NCBI RefSeq assembly: GCF_021869535.1
Contig: NW_026262668.1
Coordinates: forward strand, 34,286,001-34,350,000
DNA from: Mytilus californianus
Lineage: Eukaryota
Reading direction: 5' to 3'
DNA: 64,000 nt
Shown here one piece after another: positions 37,954-49,176 of the stretch; the first letter of the stretch is position 1, and every line of letters begins with the position of its first letter. Below the pieces are notes generated by a model. The model worked only from the letters and a program-made list of their open reading frames with translations, had not been told where the DNA came from and searched no databases. Both the position numbers and the translations under genes were made by a program.

Positions 37954-39577
37954 TACAAATGGGAATAACAAGACAGTTTTGGCGTTCCATATAGAAATAA
38001 GAGTATGTGGTATGTTTGCCAGTGAGTCAACTCTCCACTGAAGACCAGGTACTTTCAGTACTCTTTATAATCAATTAAGTTGAGAGAAATATATATACTA
38101 TACCTGAACTTCTAAGTTCTTTATAGTTTGTTTACTCAGCATATAAGCTTAAAAGTAAAAGTAAAAATTGGTACTGTTTCATACATATTATCGGTGTTCA
38201 CACTGTCTGTATCACTCTACACAGCTCTTCATAAAATTGTGTATCAGGCTTTGTGACGTCAAATACATTGACCTGGCCTTGATAACTTTGACCCGGACAT
38301 ATCACGGACGTCATAATGAATAAACCGACGTTGATAAGTTTGACCCGAACTTGATTAGAATTTAAAAAAGATCTACCATATTTTGAAGTAAAAAAAGGAG
38401 ATTAACAGCTTATTTTCTTGTGGTTTTCCTGACAGTAATCAGCAAACATGGCGGGAAACCGATCAGTTCAAAACCAAGTTTGATTACTTTTAAAGCAAGA
38501 AAAAAACAATTCAATGACTTTATGAATTTTATAATCCAGTGTAAAACTGCACTTTTATTAAAATATATCATTCATTAGAATCTTGCGCGCATATGAACCA
38601 ACTTTAAAATGTACATTCCGTTAGATAAGCTAACTGAACATCGCAAAAAGGGAAGAAAATTAGATAATAAGACGGCAAAATACGTCCTATTTGACGTGAA
38701 TTACGTGCATACCTAATACGTTCTTTTGTGATAATTTTCATTATAGAAACTAATGTTCTAGTATTCACCATATAGATATTACCAAGGAAACATAAGAAAT
38801 AATAAGGCGAGGAAGAACAGTTGGCACAATAGTCAAACGAAACGAGACTAAATGAACGGATACAATACCATGTCCATATCTAGGATGTTGGAAATCATTA
38901 TAAAATAATAAATCAGATTATATAGATATTCTTCCAAAATTTTCTGTAATATTACGGTCTTTTATAAGTTTTCCGAGGTAGAAACCAACATTTATTGAAA
39001 CTCCAAACCTTTATACCATTGTCATCTAGCATTGATTAATCACAAGCTTTAACCACAATATTCGAGATAGACAAAATAAATAAAACAAAAAGTATATTAA
39101 GAAACAAACACATATACGTTAAAGAAAAATGCTTGAAAATATTATCATATATCAACTCAAATGAACACAATTGCATGCAGTTGCATTGGTAATTATTTTC
39201 ATAATTGTCTTACGTTCGTATGTTCTGTTTGAAATATCCATGATATCAGCGACAAAAGAGCTACTTAATGTATTCGACTTTATGGTATTAATATAGCTGA
39301 TTAAAATTGTTAATATTTTCCGTTCGACAATCATATGCTATTAGGATTGCAAACAACGGCTTCATGGGTTTCTTTTGAAATAATATCGTTCTTTCTAATA
39401 TCTGTTTTCCATATAGTTATATTGCTTACATATGTGGGTGTTTGTTTGAATTTTATCATATCCAGTCTTTTTTTCAATTAACTACAAGTTGTTTACCCAA
39501 CAAATACTGACAATAGTACAATTTTGGTTTCGACTGATCACAGTATATATTCATGATATTTGACACGACATATTCTA

Positions 39578-39760
39578 TATAAAATTGAGAATGGAAATGG
39601 GGAATGTGTCAAAGAGACAACAAACCGACCATAGAGCAGACAACAGCCGAAGGCCACCAATGGGTCTTCAATGCAGCGAGAAACTCCCGCATCCGAAGGC
39701 GTCCTTCAGCTGGCCCCTAAACAAATATGTATACTAGTTCAGTGATAATGGACGTCATAT
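39578..39760 (-). repeat. Solo PLE tail
   Basis: Near-identical to 65-300 but lacking the 54-bp MITE. Confidence 0.85.
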
Positions 39761-39974
39761 AAAATGCATTGAATGAACAATTGAAATAATTACGAAATAG
39801 ATGGTTAAAAATACCAATTTCTGAAATAAAACATGTACCTATGTGATATTTAAATATGAAGTTGTATTTTGGTCAGATGTTAAATCCAATTATTTTTATG
39901 TTTCCCATAGATTTCAGGTTTACTAATATCAATTACAAATTACAAAATAATTCAAAGTGGAAACATGAACTAAA

Positions 39975-40985
39975 ATCGCCTCTCATTGCCGACCTCTTCT
40001 TGTTTCATATGAGACACTTGTCATAAACAAGAAGATGAAAGAAGCCAGATCATTTAATTTCACATTCAGATATATTGATGATGTTCTTTCCATTAACAAT
40101 CCAAACTTTTCTGATTGGGTTCCATTAATATATCCTCCAGAACTAGAAATTAAGGAAACAAAAGACACGGCTTCCTCCGCTTCATTTTTAGACATATACA
40201 TCGAACCTCGAATTTGACATCATCTCAATATCAGAATCTATGACAAATGAGTCGATTTTGATTTTGAAATAATGAATTTCCCCCACCTTAGCAGCAATAT
40301 ACCAACTTCACATGCATATGTGATATGCATTTCCCAAATCATTCGGAATTCTAGAACTTGCAGCTGCTACTAAATAATACTGGATTGTGTTGAAGTCAAG
40401 ATTCTAGGTACTGATGTTTGTTATCTTAATTACGTGGTATAGTGTTCTTTTTATTTGTTTTTGTATATCTTTAACCTTTACTGTTTAGTCCAGTTTTGGT
40501 AATATCCTTTTGACGTGGCTCGGTAAATATCCCGCCTTTGTGCTATTGTGCTATGGTCATTTTTTGTTTTCTTGTCTTTCATTTTTGCTTATGTGCTTTG
40601 TCTATAGAGTGTCTTTATTCAATTTTGTTTTTCTTTGTTGACATAGTTGTTTGTTTTTATAGTGATTAAAGTTATAACATAATGTTGACTTCTGTACCCC
40701 AATTTTTGACATTTTTACCTATTATTGTCTGTTTGTTTTGCTCACACATGGTTGTCAATATAATGGAATTCTATGCGACTGTCATACAAGTGAGAGGTTT
40801 AGCTAGCTATAAAACCAGGTTTAATCCACCATTTTCTACATAAGTAAATGTATGTACCAAGTCAGGAAAATGACAGTTGTTTTCCGTTCGTTTGATGTGT
40901 TTGAACTTTTGATTTTGCCATTTGATAAGGGACTTTCCGTTTTGAATTTTCCTTGAAGTTCGGTATTTTTGTTAATTCACCTTTT
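39975..40985 (+). mobile_element. Naiad-type PLE fragment (RT catalytic region plus tail)
   Basis: SFNFTFRYIDDVLSINNPNFSDWVPLIYPPELEIKETKDTASSASFLDIY...NFPHLSSNIP...; tail 40500-40985; same family as 32515. Confidence 0.85.
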
Positions 40986-43464
40986 ATTGCTGTATCAATC
41001 AAGTAAGGTTTTCTCCCCAAGAGTATCACCAGCCATGTATAATAGCACTTCTGTATTGACATTAATTATCAGTAATATACTTAGAGTTATAAATTAACTG
41101 TTAACAAAACTTTAAAAAAGAAAATTTAGTTTACTTTTTAGAGGCAACTGAAGTCTCATCAATCCAAATCCATCAAAAAGATACAAATCAAGGTATCAAA
41201 ATAACCTCAAGGAATTGCAGGAATTGTTAAAGGAGTGGATGCATCGACAGGTTAAGCGTCTAAATAATATCAAAACAACTGTGTTGTAACTTCTGGGTTG
41301 ATTAATTTAAGTTAATTTACCGAAAATCGTTTATTATTTTTCAAAAAGGAAAGTTAACGACATTTTAAGATTATACATAAAAATATGCCATATACTCTTG
41401 ATTTTCCTTTCTTTTTCTTCTATGATGATCAGAGATATTTCCTGGTGATGTTTTAGTGTAATCTTGAAGGAAAGTATTCTGCCTACACACAAATTACTTT
41501 TCTTTACTTCTTTCTGAAAACATGCATTAGACAGATTGATTGATTGATTGATTAGATTTCTGTACGCCGCATCAGCACAAAAAGGCTCTAACGCGGCGAG
41601 AACGATTTCAAATATGTTAACAAAAGACAGTTTTTAAAAATCAGACGAAAAGTCTTCTAATTTACTAAAACCTTAGTTTCGAGCAATGATATTTCATATA
41701 GGTCGTGTTTGAAGACATGTGTTAAAACTAGTATCACATATCACTTCAAATGAGAACAATTATTTGTTAAGGCTTTGCTTATATTCAAGAGAATCTAAAC
41801 AATTTTACCTTTGTGCAATCTTATTGAAATATAAGAAATTATTGTCATAGGGAAGAATTAGCTAATTCGATGCTATTGTAATAACATATCTGATTAAAAA
41901 ACTAAGGACTTTCATTTGACCGACATATGTTTTCTATGACTACAAATATGCTTTCTTGTTTTTCTTTTGAAATATTATCTTTTTTTTAATAGTATTCGGT
42001 TTGAAATACTAAATTACTTTTTATATACAGGGGTGTTGTTTAATCATTTTTCTAATTGTTCAGTTAGTTCGATTAGTTTTAGATTTTTAATCTACATTTA
42101 ATTATTTTATCAGATACTGACAATACTACAATTGTGGATTTCGATAGATAGCCTCATATTATTTATATTTGACAAGTAATATTTAATATAAAATAAATTG
42201 GAGAGGATATTGGAATTTATTCCAATGCAACGGTTAAAATAATCACCAGTATTGCATAACAAAAATGCTTATTACACTGATAGATAAAAAGCTTTATTTC
42301 GGTCAGCTGTTATGGCGAGGTATACGTAATATTGAACGCCTCCAGCGGAAGTCCGAAAAAAACATATTTTCATATGATTAGATTAATTAGAACGCTTCTT
42401 ATCAAAAATTTATACAAACAAACAATCGAACAAGAAATGACCATAACATTTTTTTTAAACGTAGCTTTATATGAAATAAATAACAAAACACTGTAGGTGA
42501 CATAACGTTTTAGGTGACAGGACAGTTGGAAAAATGATTGTTGAACTTCATTTAGCAGATCAAATGAAATCATGTAAATATTGCTTTGCCACCGTTATAA
42601 CATATGATTTGCGGGGAATAAAGATGCAGGTTGTGAAGTTTTCTATATATTCAGCGCGTACATTTTCCGTATCTTAAAACAGTAAGAGTAGTAAAACAAC
42701 ATCGGCTTGCAAACATGGAAAGACGGTGGCATGTTCGTTTAGGTATAAAATGTAATTGAAAATTTAGCACAAGTTTCATATTTTTATCAAAAGTAGGAAA
42801 TACACAGAGGGCATCCGAACACTAGTGCACTTAAAATAAACAAGTCGAAAAAGACTAACAACGCATTTGGCAAAAGAACAATGACGACAATTTAAAAGAT
42901 ACAACTGTACAGCACACAAATTCACCACACACGCACTTAAGATTGAGCACATACACAAACACCATTCTAAAATTTATCTCAGAATAAGTAAAAGTTACAT
43001 TCAACTTTATCCACAGGAACGATGTATTTTGTGCAGAAAATAAACAAGTGTCGTCTATTCCGTCCATATGTCTTTAAGGAGAGTAAGATTTAAATTTAGA
43101 ATCGGTATTGAAACTGAATCTACACTTGTGTGATAAAAAACAGAATATGAAATTTCTAAATATCTTCAAATTTATATTTCGAAGGGGTATCGAAAATTGT
43201 TAACTACAATTTTAACCCCCTTCAGATAAATGGAGAGTAGTCCATTCGATGTTTGGTGGATTGAGAGGCGAAATGAGTTCAGACTTTTATATCTTCATAG
43301 CTTTTTTTTTAAAGACTACTGACAAAAATTATTTGTAAAAACCTTTTTATTAAATATTCAAAAATTCTTCAAGAATACTGTCGAACTCAAAATACTTAAT
43401 CTACTCTATTTCCTATGTCAAAATTGTACGTATACTAACAGTATTCAATTTGTAGTCTGATTAA

Positions 43465-44510
43465 AAGTGAGGCGGAAGATACCTAAGGAATATTCAAACT
43501 CATAAGTCAATGAAAAAATGCAACAACAATGCAAAAAAAACGACAAAGAGACAAACAGAAGACTACAAAACACAAAATAGAATACATAGCCTGAGCAAAA
43601 TGATCGGGGGTGATCTCAGTTGCTCCGGATGAATAAGCAGATCATGTAATCCGGTGATAAATCTAAATTAATTTGATGATGTCACATTTAAAGAAAAGAG
43701 GACGGGATTGTGGTTAGGTTAAATGGAACATACCAGTCATTTATGAAACAGATATGCCATAACGGTCAACCAACCATAACGGTCAACCAACTCGTGATTG
43801 CGTCTATAAACGTTAAGGGATGATTTCAATTTTATCACTAGGAAAATTTTGTTCAATTTCTGCCTTGTAATCAGCAACACTCTATCAAGGAAATCATGAT
43901 AAGGTATACAAGTTCTGGATAATCAATCAACTGGGAGATACATACTATATACGCAGGTGCTGCTGGAATGTTGTTACATAAAAATGGAAAAATATGACAT
44001 GACTTTACTGTATCTGTGGAATCCTTTATTTCAAGTTCGATGGGCTACATGCGTCCGACATAGTCACCAAACATTGATTTTTTTAGTGAACAAACATCAT
44101 CTTTATAGTGGAATGTGAAGTTAAAGGGTAATACTAGCTTCTATTCATTCTTCTTAAGAAGCTCCTTATTAATATAAATATAAAAAGATATGGAATGATT
44201 GCCAATGAGACAACTTTCCACCAGAGACCAAATGACGTAAAAGTCTGCCTCATATGAATATAGGAACAAGTCGATAAAAAGAGGAGCACAGTTAGTTCCA
44301 ATGGGAATGCCTATGTTTGTTGAAAAGCATGTCCTCCAAACGTAATAAATGAGTTTTCAATCAAGAAATTAAGCATCTTGATAATGTCGGTTTTGGAGAA
44401 ATTTTTTTTTAATCAGAGCGTTTTTTTTCAAAGAATGCTGTATCGACGTTGGGCATTCTTTTTATGAAACAAAGTAGAACTAATGTTTTCATCAAACACG
44501 TTTAACTTCG
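43465..44510 (-). mobile_element. Naiad-type PLE fragment, interrupted by a tail insertion of about 78 bp
   Basis: KTDIIKMLNFLIEN...GIPIGTNCAPLFIDLFLYSYEADF [insert 44165-44241] ELLKK...FNFTFHYKDDV...ELEIKDSTDT...FPFLCNNIPAAPAY; 3' tail to 43465. Confidence 0.8.
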
Positions 44511-45030
44511 CCACATTCTTTATGTGCCTGTCCCAAGTCAGGAGCCTGTAATTCAGGGGTTGTTGTGTGTTTCTGTATATCATAATGTTTTTCGTCTATT
44601 GTTTTGTACGTAAATCAGGCCGTTAGTTTTCTCGTTTGAATTGTTTTACATTTGTCATTTCGAGGCCGTTTATAGCGTACTTTGCGGTATGGGTTTTGCT
44701 CATTTTAGACTGCCGTACGGTGACCGATAGTTGTTAACTTCTATGTCATTTGGTCTCTGGTAGAGAGTTGTCTGAATTGCAATGAACTGGTCGGCTCTGA
44801 GTCAGAATAATGTGTCCGGGTAAGGTGACATATCTTCCTGCGGACTGTTACCTTTTGAACTAGCACGTTAAATATCCGGCTCAGCGTGTCGGTCTAGTAC
44901 AAATCAGGGTTAATATTCATATTACATTACGTGTTCTCGTCCTGAATATGCATATTAATTTGCTGCTGGGCGTTAAGCAGCCATCTATCATCATCATTGG
45001 CAATGATACCACATCTTCATATTTTTAGAT
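44510..45030 (+). repeat. PLE-type tail in inverted orientation abutting the 5'-truncated RT fragment, split by a SINE
   Basis: GTGCCTGTCCCAAGTCAGGAGCC...GTCATTTGGTCTCTGGTAGAGAGTTGTCT [SINE] CATTGGCAATGATACCACATCTTC. Confidence 0.7.
44784..44994 (+). mobile_element. 5'-truncated SINE (family B)
   Basis: Matches 20170-20390; flanked by GAATTGCAAT / CATTGGCAAT (degenerate TSD of about 10 bp). Confidence 0.75.
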
Positions 45031-47042
45031 TTCAATTTGTCTTTAAGTTTGCAATTGGGAAAACGTCTGTAAATGGTAAATAAAAAAAGAATGTTTTAAT
45101 ATTATTGCAAGAGCGAGATACTTAGATTGTATGTACATTGTACTTTAATATAAAAAATTAGTATCCACATCTGATTCACACTTAGTTTGATCCATACTGA
45201 TTAAATGCAAAATTGTATGTAAATGAAAAAATCACAGTGTTAGATATATGAACACTATCTTCTTAAAGTTGCTTTAATGAAACAAATATATATTAAAAAG
45301 TTTTAGACATACATATAATACACGTAAGAGGCACGAAAATAGCTATCTTAGATAATGACACATCGAAAATGACAGAATTTGAATTAATCAATGTGTACAT
45401 CTCCTTATTTATAGGTTATTTCACATGATATTAATGTTAAACTTTCTAACATATCTCCCTCTATTTCATTCTATCCTGCATCACAATCCAAATGCGTGTA
45501 TTAATTACTTTAAAGCTAATATGTTCCCTATTATCGTGTACCCTATACATGTGGGTCCTAAGATTTGCGTGTCTCTTTATAAATTACTTCTTACAAACAA
45601 TAATATCATATGTTGATTAAAAATCTTTTTACGTCTTTTTCTTGGAATCATTTTTTTTTTTATATCATCGTTATACTGGTTGGTTGTACGCAAACTTTGT
45701 GGTCCAATCATTTCAAATCCTTTTTAAATACTACTTTGAATCCAATAATCTTTTAATGAAATTAACGTTAAAATTTGATCACTGAATCAAATAAAATTCG
45801 TTTTTGCTGGGTTATATTTGGAAACTGAATAATTTTAAGGAAGTACAGGATTTCTTTTGACGTTTTATTCACTAAAAACATTGATTTATAATAACGGACG
45901 TACAATTTCCATAGCATTAACCATACTCGAAGCTTTATGGATTTCAACACTTCAGTTTGGCAAAATGTCATGCAATGTCATTGGAAAAAAGTGAGATTTA
46001 AAATTTTAACATTTCAAGCAGGATTGGGGTTTATTATAAGGAATGCAAAAAAAAATCTTCCTGTTTAATTGCAAACTGGTAATTTAAAATTAATCGAATA
46101 TTTTTTACGCAATTCAAACAAAACGAGTCGTCACGTCTCAGTTTGGACCTGCATTCCCATTGAGAATTAGGAGTAGGGTGATTCAAAATATTGTTGATCC
46201 TGAATTATCCCAAAAATCAATGTCAAGGTATACTTGCCACATTTGGCAAAAAGTGAGAGTGAGAATATATTTATATATCTAGTATGCTACACTAAGTAAA
46301 ACTATCGTGTTACTATTTATATTTCTGTCACGGTCACATGTTTTTCAGTTTACGACGATATTCATCATAAAGTATGAATACTTAGAAGAGTTGAGCATAA
46401 TCTTACCGGAAAGGAACATTTTTTTGATATAAGTGCAATATCATATTTAGTTCCTAAACTTGGAAAGAAGAAGTTGAAGGCGTTAATTGAAAGGAAAGTA
46501 CAGATCTGTCTGTGCTGAAATGTGTTAGTTTTAGATATAGGGGTTTGTTACGGTATAATAGAGAGAATTTGCGAAAAGAAGACAAACCTCTATTATTCTA
46601 TTCATCATAAACTGCTCGACCACTGCGTGGACGTAGCTTCGTGGAATTTTATAAATAATAGTATGTACCTGTCATGCTAAATTAATCAACAGTTTGTTTT
46701 TCAGCTATTACTAGATAGCTAGAAAGTAACTGAAGAATTTGCTTATCCTGCCTGATTGTTTGGCATTCTAATAATTCGGTCTCTTTCAAACATAATTGAG
46801 ATTATTGCAGAAACATGTCTTGTGCGCACGGAATAACCATTATAAGTCTTTTTATACCATGCTCATATAATTAAGACAAACCATTCTCCTACAGTATATT
46901 CTGTCTCAATAGAATTAAAAAATGCTTCTAGTGTTGATCCTAACAAACGGTTTATGTCTTTGGCTTCTCCAAATTTTTATTTTGAGCGTACCTGATTATG
47001 TGTTTTTCTTTAGATACTCCTGTAGTAAGCATGTCAAGGTAT

Positions 47043-47066
47043 TATATATATATATATATATATATA
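47043..47066. repeat. (TA)12 microsatellite
   Basis: Direct read. Confidence 0.95.
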
Positions 47067-48157
47067 GTATTGTCATTTGAATATCCGAGTCCCAATTTTC
47101 TTTACACACTTTAATTACATAATAGTTATTGAAAAACTGGTCATTATCATGATATATGGACTGCCCAAAGGACGGTGTCATCCTGGTTTGCCCACTTTTA
47201 ATTACATGTATATGTAAACATAGGGGGAATTGTTGTTTTAACAATTATAGTTTATTTCTGAATCATAGTCATATTTTTTACCTTTTATTTTACCTGTAAA
47301 ATTTTATAAAAGATACTGAATTCTGCTATTAAATCAAGGAAAATGTGCAAAAATAATTTATATTTGATTTAGTTTATAGCAGGAAAATATATTGAATTTG
47401 ACAAATAGTTTTAATTGTTGGTATATTCTGGAAAAAAGTTAAAACTAAAGATTAGAAACAATGTCATTTAAATTTCTTTTTATTTATTCAACTTATTTTT
47501 TTTTATAATTTTGATAAATACACTGCACACCCACCAAAAAGACGAAAATACAGAGAAATAGACACCAGACTCAAACTGCTGAAAGACAGATACCAAAAAA
47601 GACTCGGGGATCAGTGTAATAGACTACTCTGACGTAGCAACACATCTTCTCCATTTGAACTGAACAACTTAGTGAAATATTGTAATTTGTGACTTTGTGA
47701 ATATAATAATTTGTGACTTTTGATTGTATTTCCCATCATTATACATATAGTGCCCCATATTACCTATTTTACCCTAGTGCTTTATTCACTCCTTTAGTTT
47801 GCAAAGCATTTATAAACTTGATTCATATATTATATAAATTATGTTTGCATAAAAGAGAACTTATATTGGTGTATTTAAATCATTAAAATCAGTCAGAAAC
47901 TATTGAATTATTTAGACACCTTTATAACTGCATGTCATTGTTTTGTACATGTATGTTAAATGAATCGATTGAAATGATATTAAGTTATTGAGAGAATTTT
48001 TTTTTTATTTATTTATTATTTTTCTATACAAATGAAAATGGAATTACAAAATAAAAAATACCTGAATATATAGAATGATAAACTATATCACTAAGTTGGA
48101 ACAGACTATACAATTGTATGCTCATTAAACCTTTTGTCTTTTTTGTTTTCTTTACTA

Positions 48158-48340
48158 ATAGATAATTGGTATAATTAAATGTGGGCAAACCAGGAGTAAA
48201 CCCAAAGGACAGTGGTATTGACTAAGACAACTATAATGACTGAGCCGTAGGCGAGGTCATTATCGCTGTCGCAGTCAATACCACTGTCCTACGGGCAGTC
48301 CATGTATCACGATAATGACCAGTTCTTCAATAACTATTCT
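48158..48340. mobile_element. Palindromic MITE
   Basis: AGGACAGTGGTATTGACT (48206) / AGTCAATACCACTGTCCT (to 48290) around the spacer TGAGCCGTAGGCGAG; outer ends approximate. Confidence 0.55.
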
Positions 48341-49176
48341 GTTTATTTCATTGAGGAACCATGTTTTTAAAAATTCTCATAAACTCAAATTGTTCAAAAC
48401 AAACTCAGTTATTGAAAGATTTCTATTGGAAAGAGTGAAGACCAGTCATAGTGATAACTATAAGTCACTGCCATTCATTTAAGTGCATTTTTTTGTATAT
48501 AAAAACAAAATAAAGTTTTCTATAATTTTATAATTAACGAAAACATATGGTAAACAATTCAACAACTTCAATATAAAATTGAAAACAGGAAAATGTTTTA
48601 TTAAAGGGACATATCTATCAACAGAGAAACCACGCCCCACCGGTCGTTAACAAGTCTGTTAACGACCGGTTTTCTGGTCCGTTTTTTTTTTCTGTTAAAG
48701 ACCGATAGAAATTATTACTGAAGAATAAAGAATGTCATGTGGCCCCTTGTTATCCAATAAGAGAAGTTAATTCTTATCCGATATGAAATAATGTAGAATA
48801 TCATAATCATATTTTGATTAATATCAATCAGATTATAATATAACTAGTTGACGCATACATATAAAATAGTTTATCAATAGCAAATAAGTATTTAAAAAAA
48901 AATAAAGAAATTTCATATATCATATACTTAATTTTACCATTTATTCCATCTATGGCAAAGTTGTCCGTTTATTAAATGAATACTCAAATGTGCCATTTAT
49001 TTCTATATTATCCGCAGGTCATTCTGAAATGTTTTCATAAATCACAAACGCATTAGAATGGCATATAGATCTCAATTTTTGTGATAAGCATTTTCCAATC
49101 TCGACTGAGGTCACGATTTTGTAAATTTATCAGCAAATTTTAGTTTGTAGATCAACTGTAAAAAATACCAGTGAAA

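Larger units (their letters stand above)
34176..37989. mobile_element. Complete non-autonomous foldback-type DNA transposon (MULE/FB-like) with inverted arms of about 1.34 kb
   Basis: Arms 34176-35512 and 36643-37989 are reverse complements; termini TGGAACGCCAAAACTG / CAGTTTTGGCGTTCCA; perfect direct repeat TATAGAAATA at 34166-34175 and 37990-37999 (or an 8-bp ATAGAAAT TSD if the TIRs are 1 nt longer); no transposase. Confidence 0.85.

Noticed and set aside
34162-38041. His-rich and Met/Cys/Lys/Tyr-repeat ORFs (HHIRIFA, MMCKYLY) suggesting metal-binding proteins
   Set aside because: By-products of a 21-bp (7-codon) minisatellite in both foldback arms, open on both strands, with no splice or promoter support.
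40248-40250. TGA in the 39975 RT fragment as a second selenocysteine
   Set aside because: Aligns with Arg in YDKRDDF of the 767 ORF; consistent with CGA to TGA decay, and no SECIS-like hairpin was seen in that tail.
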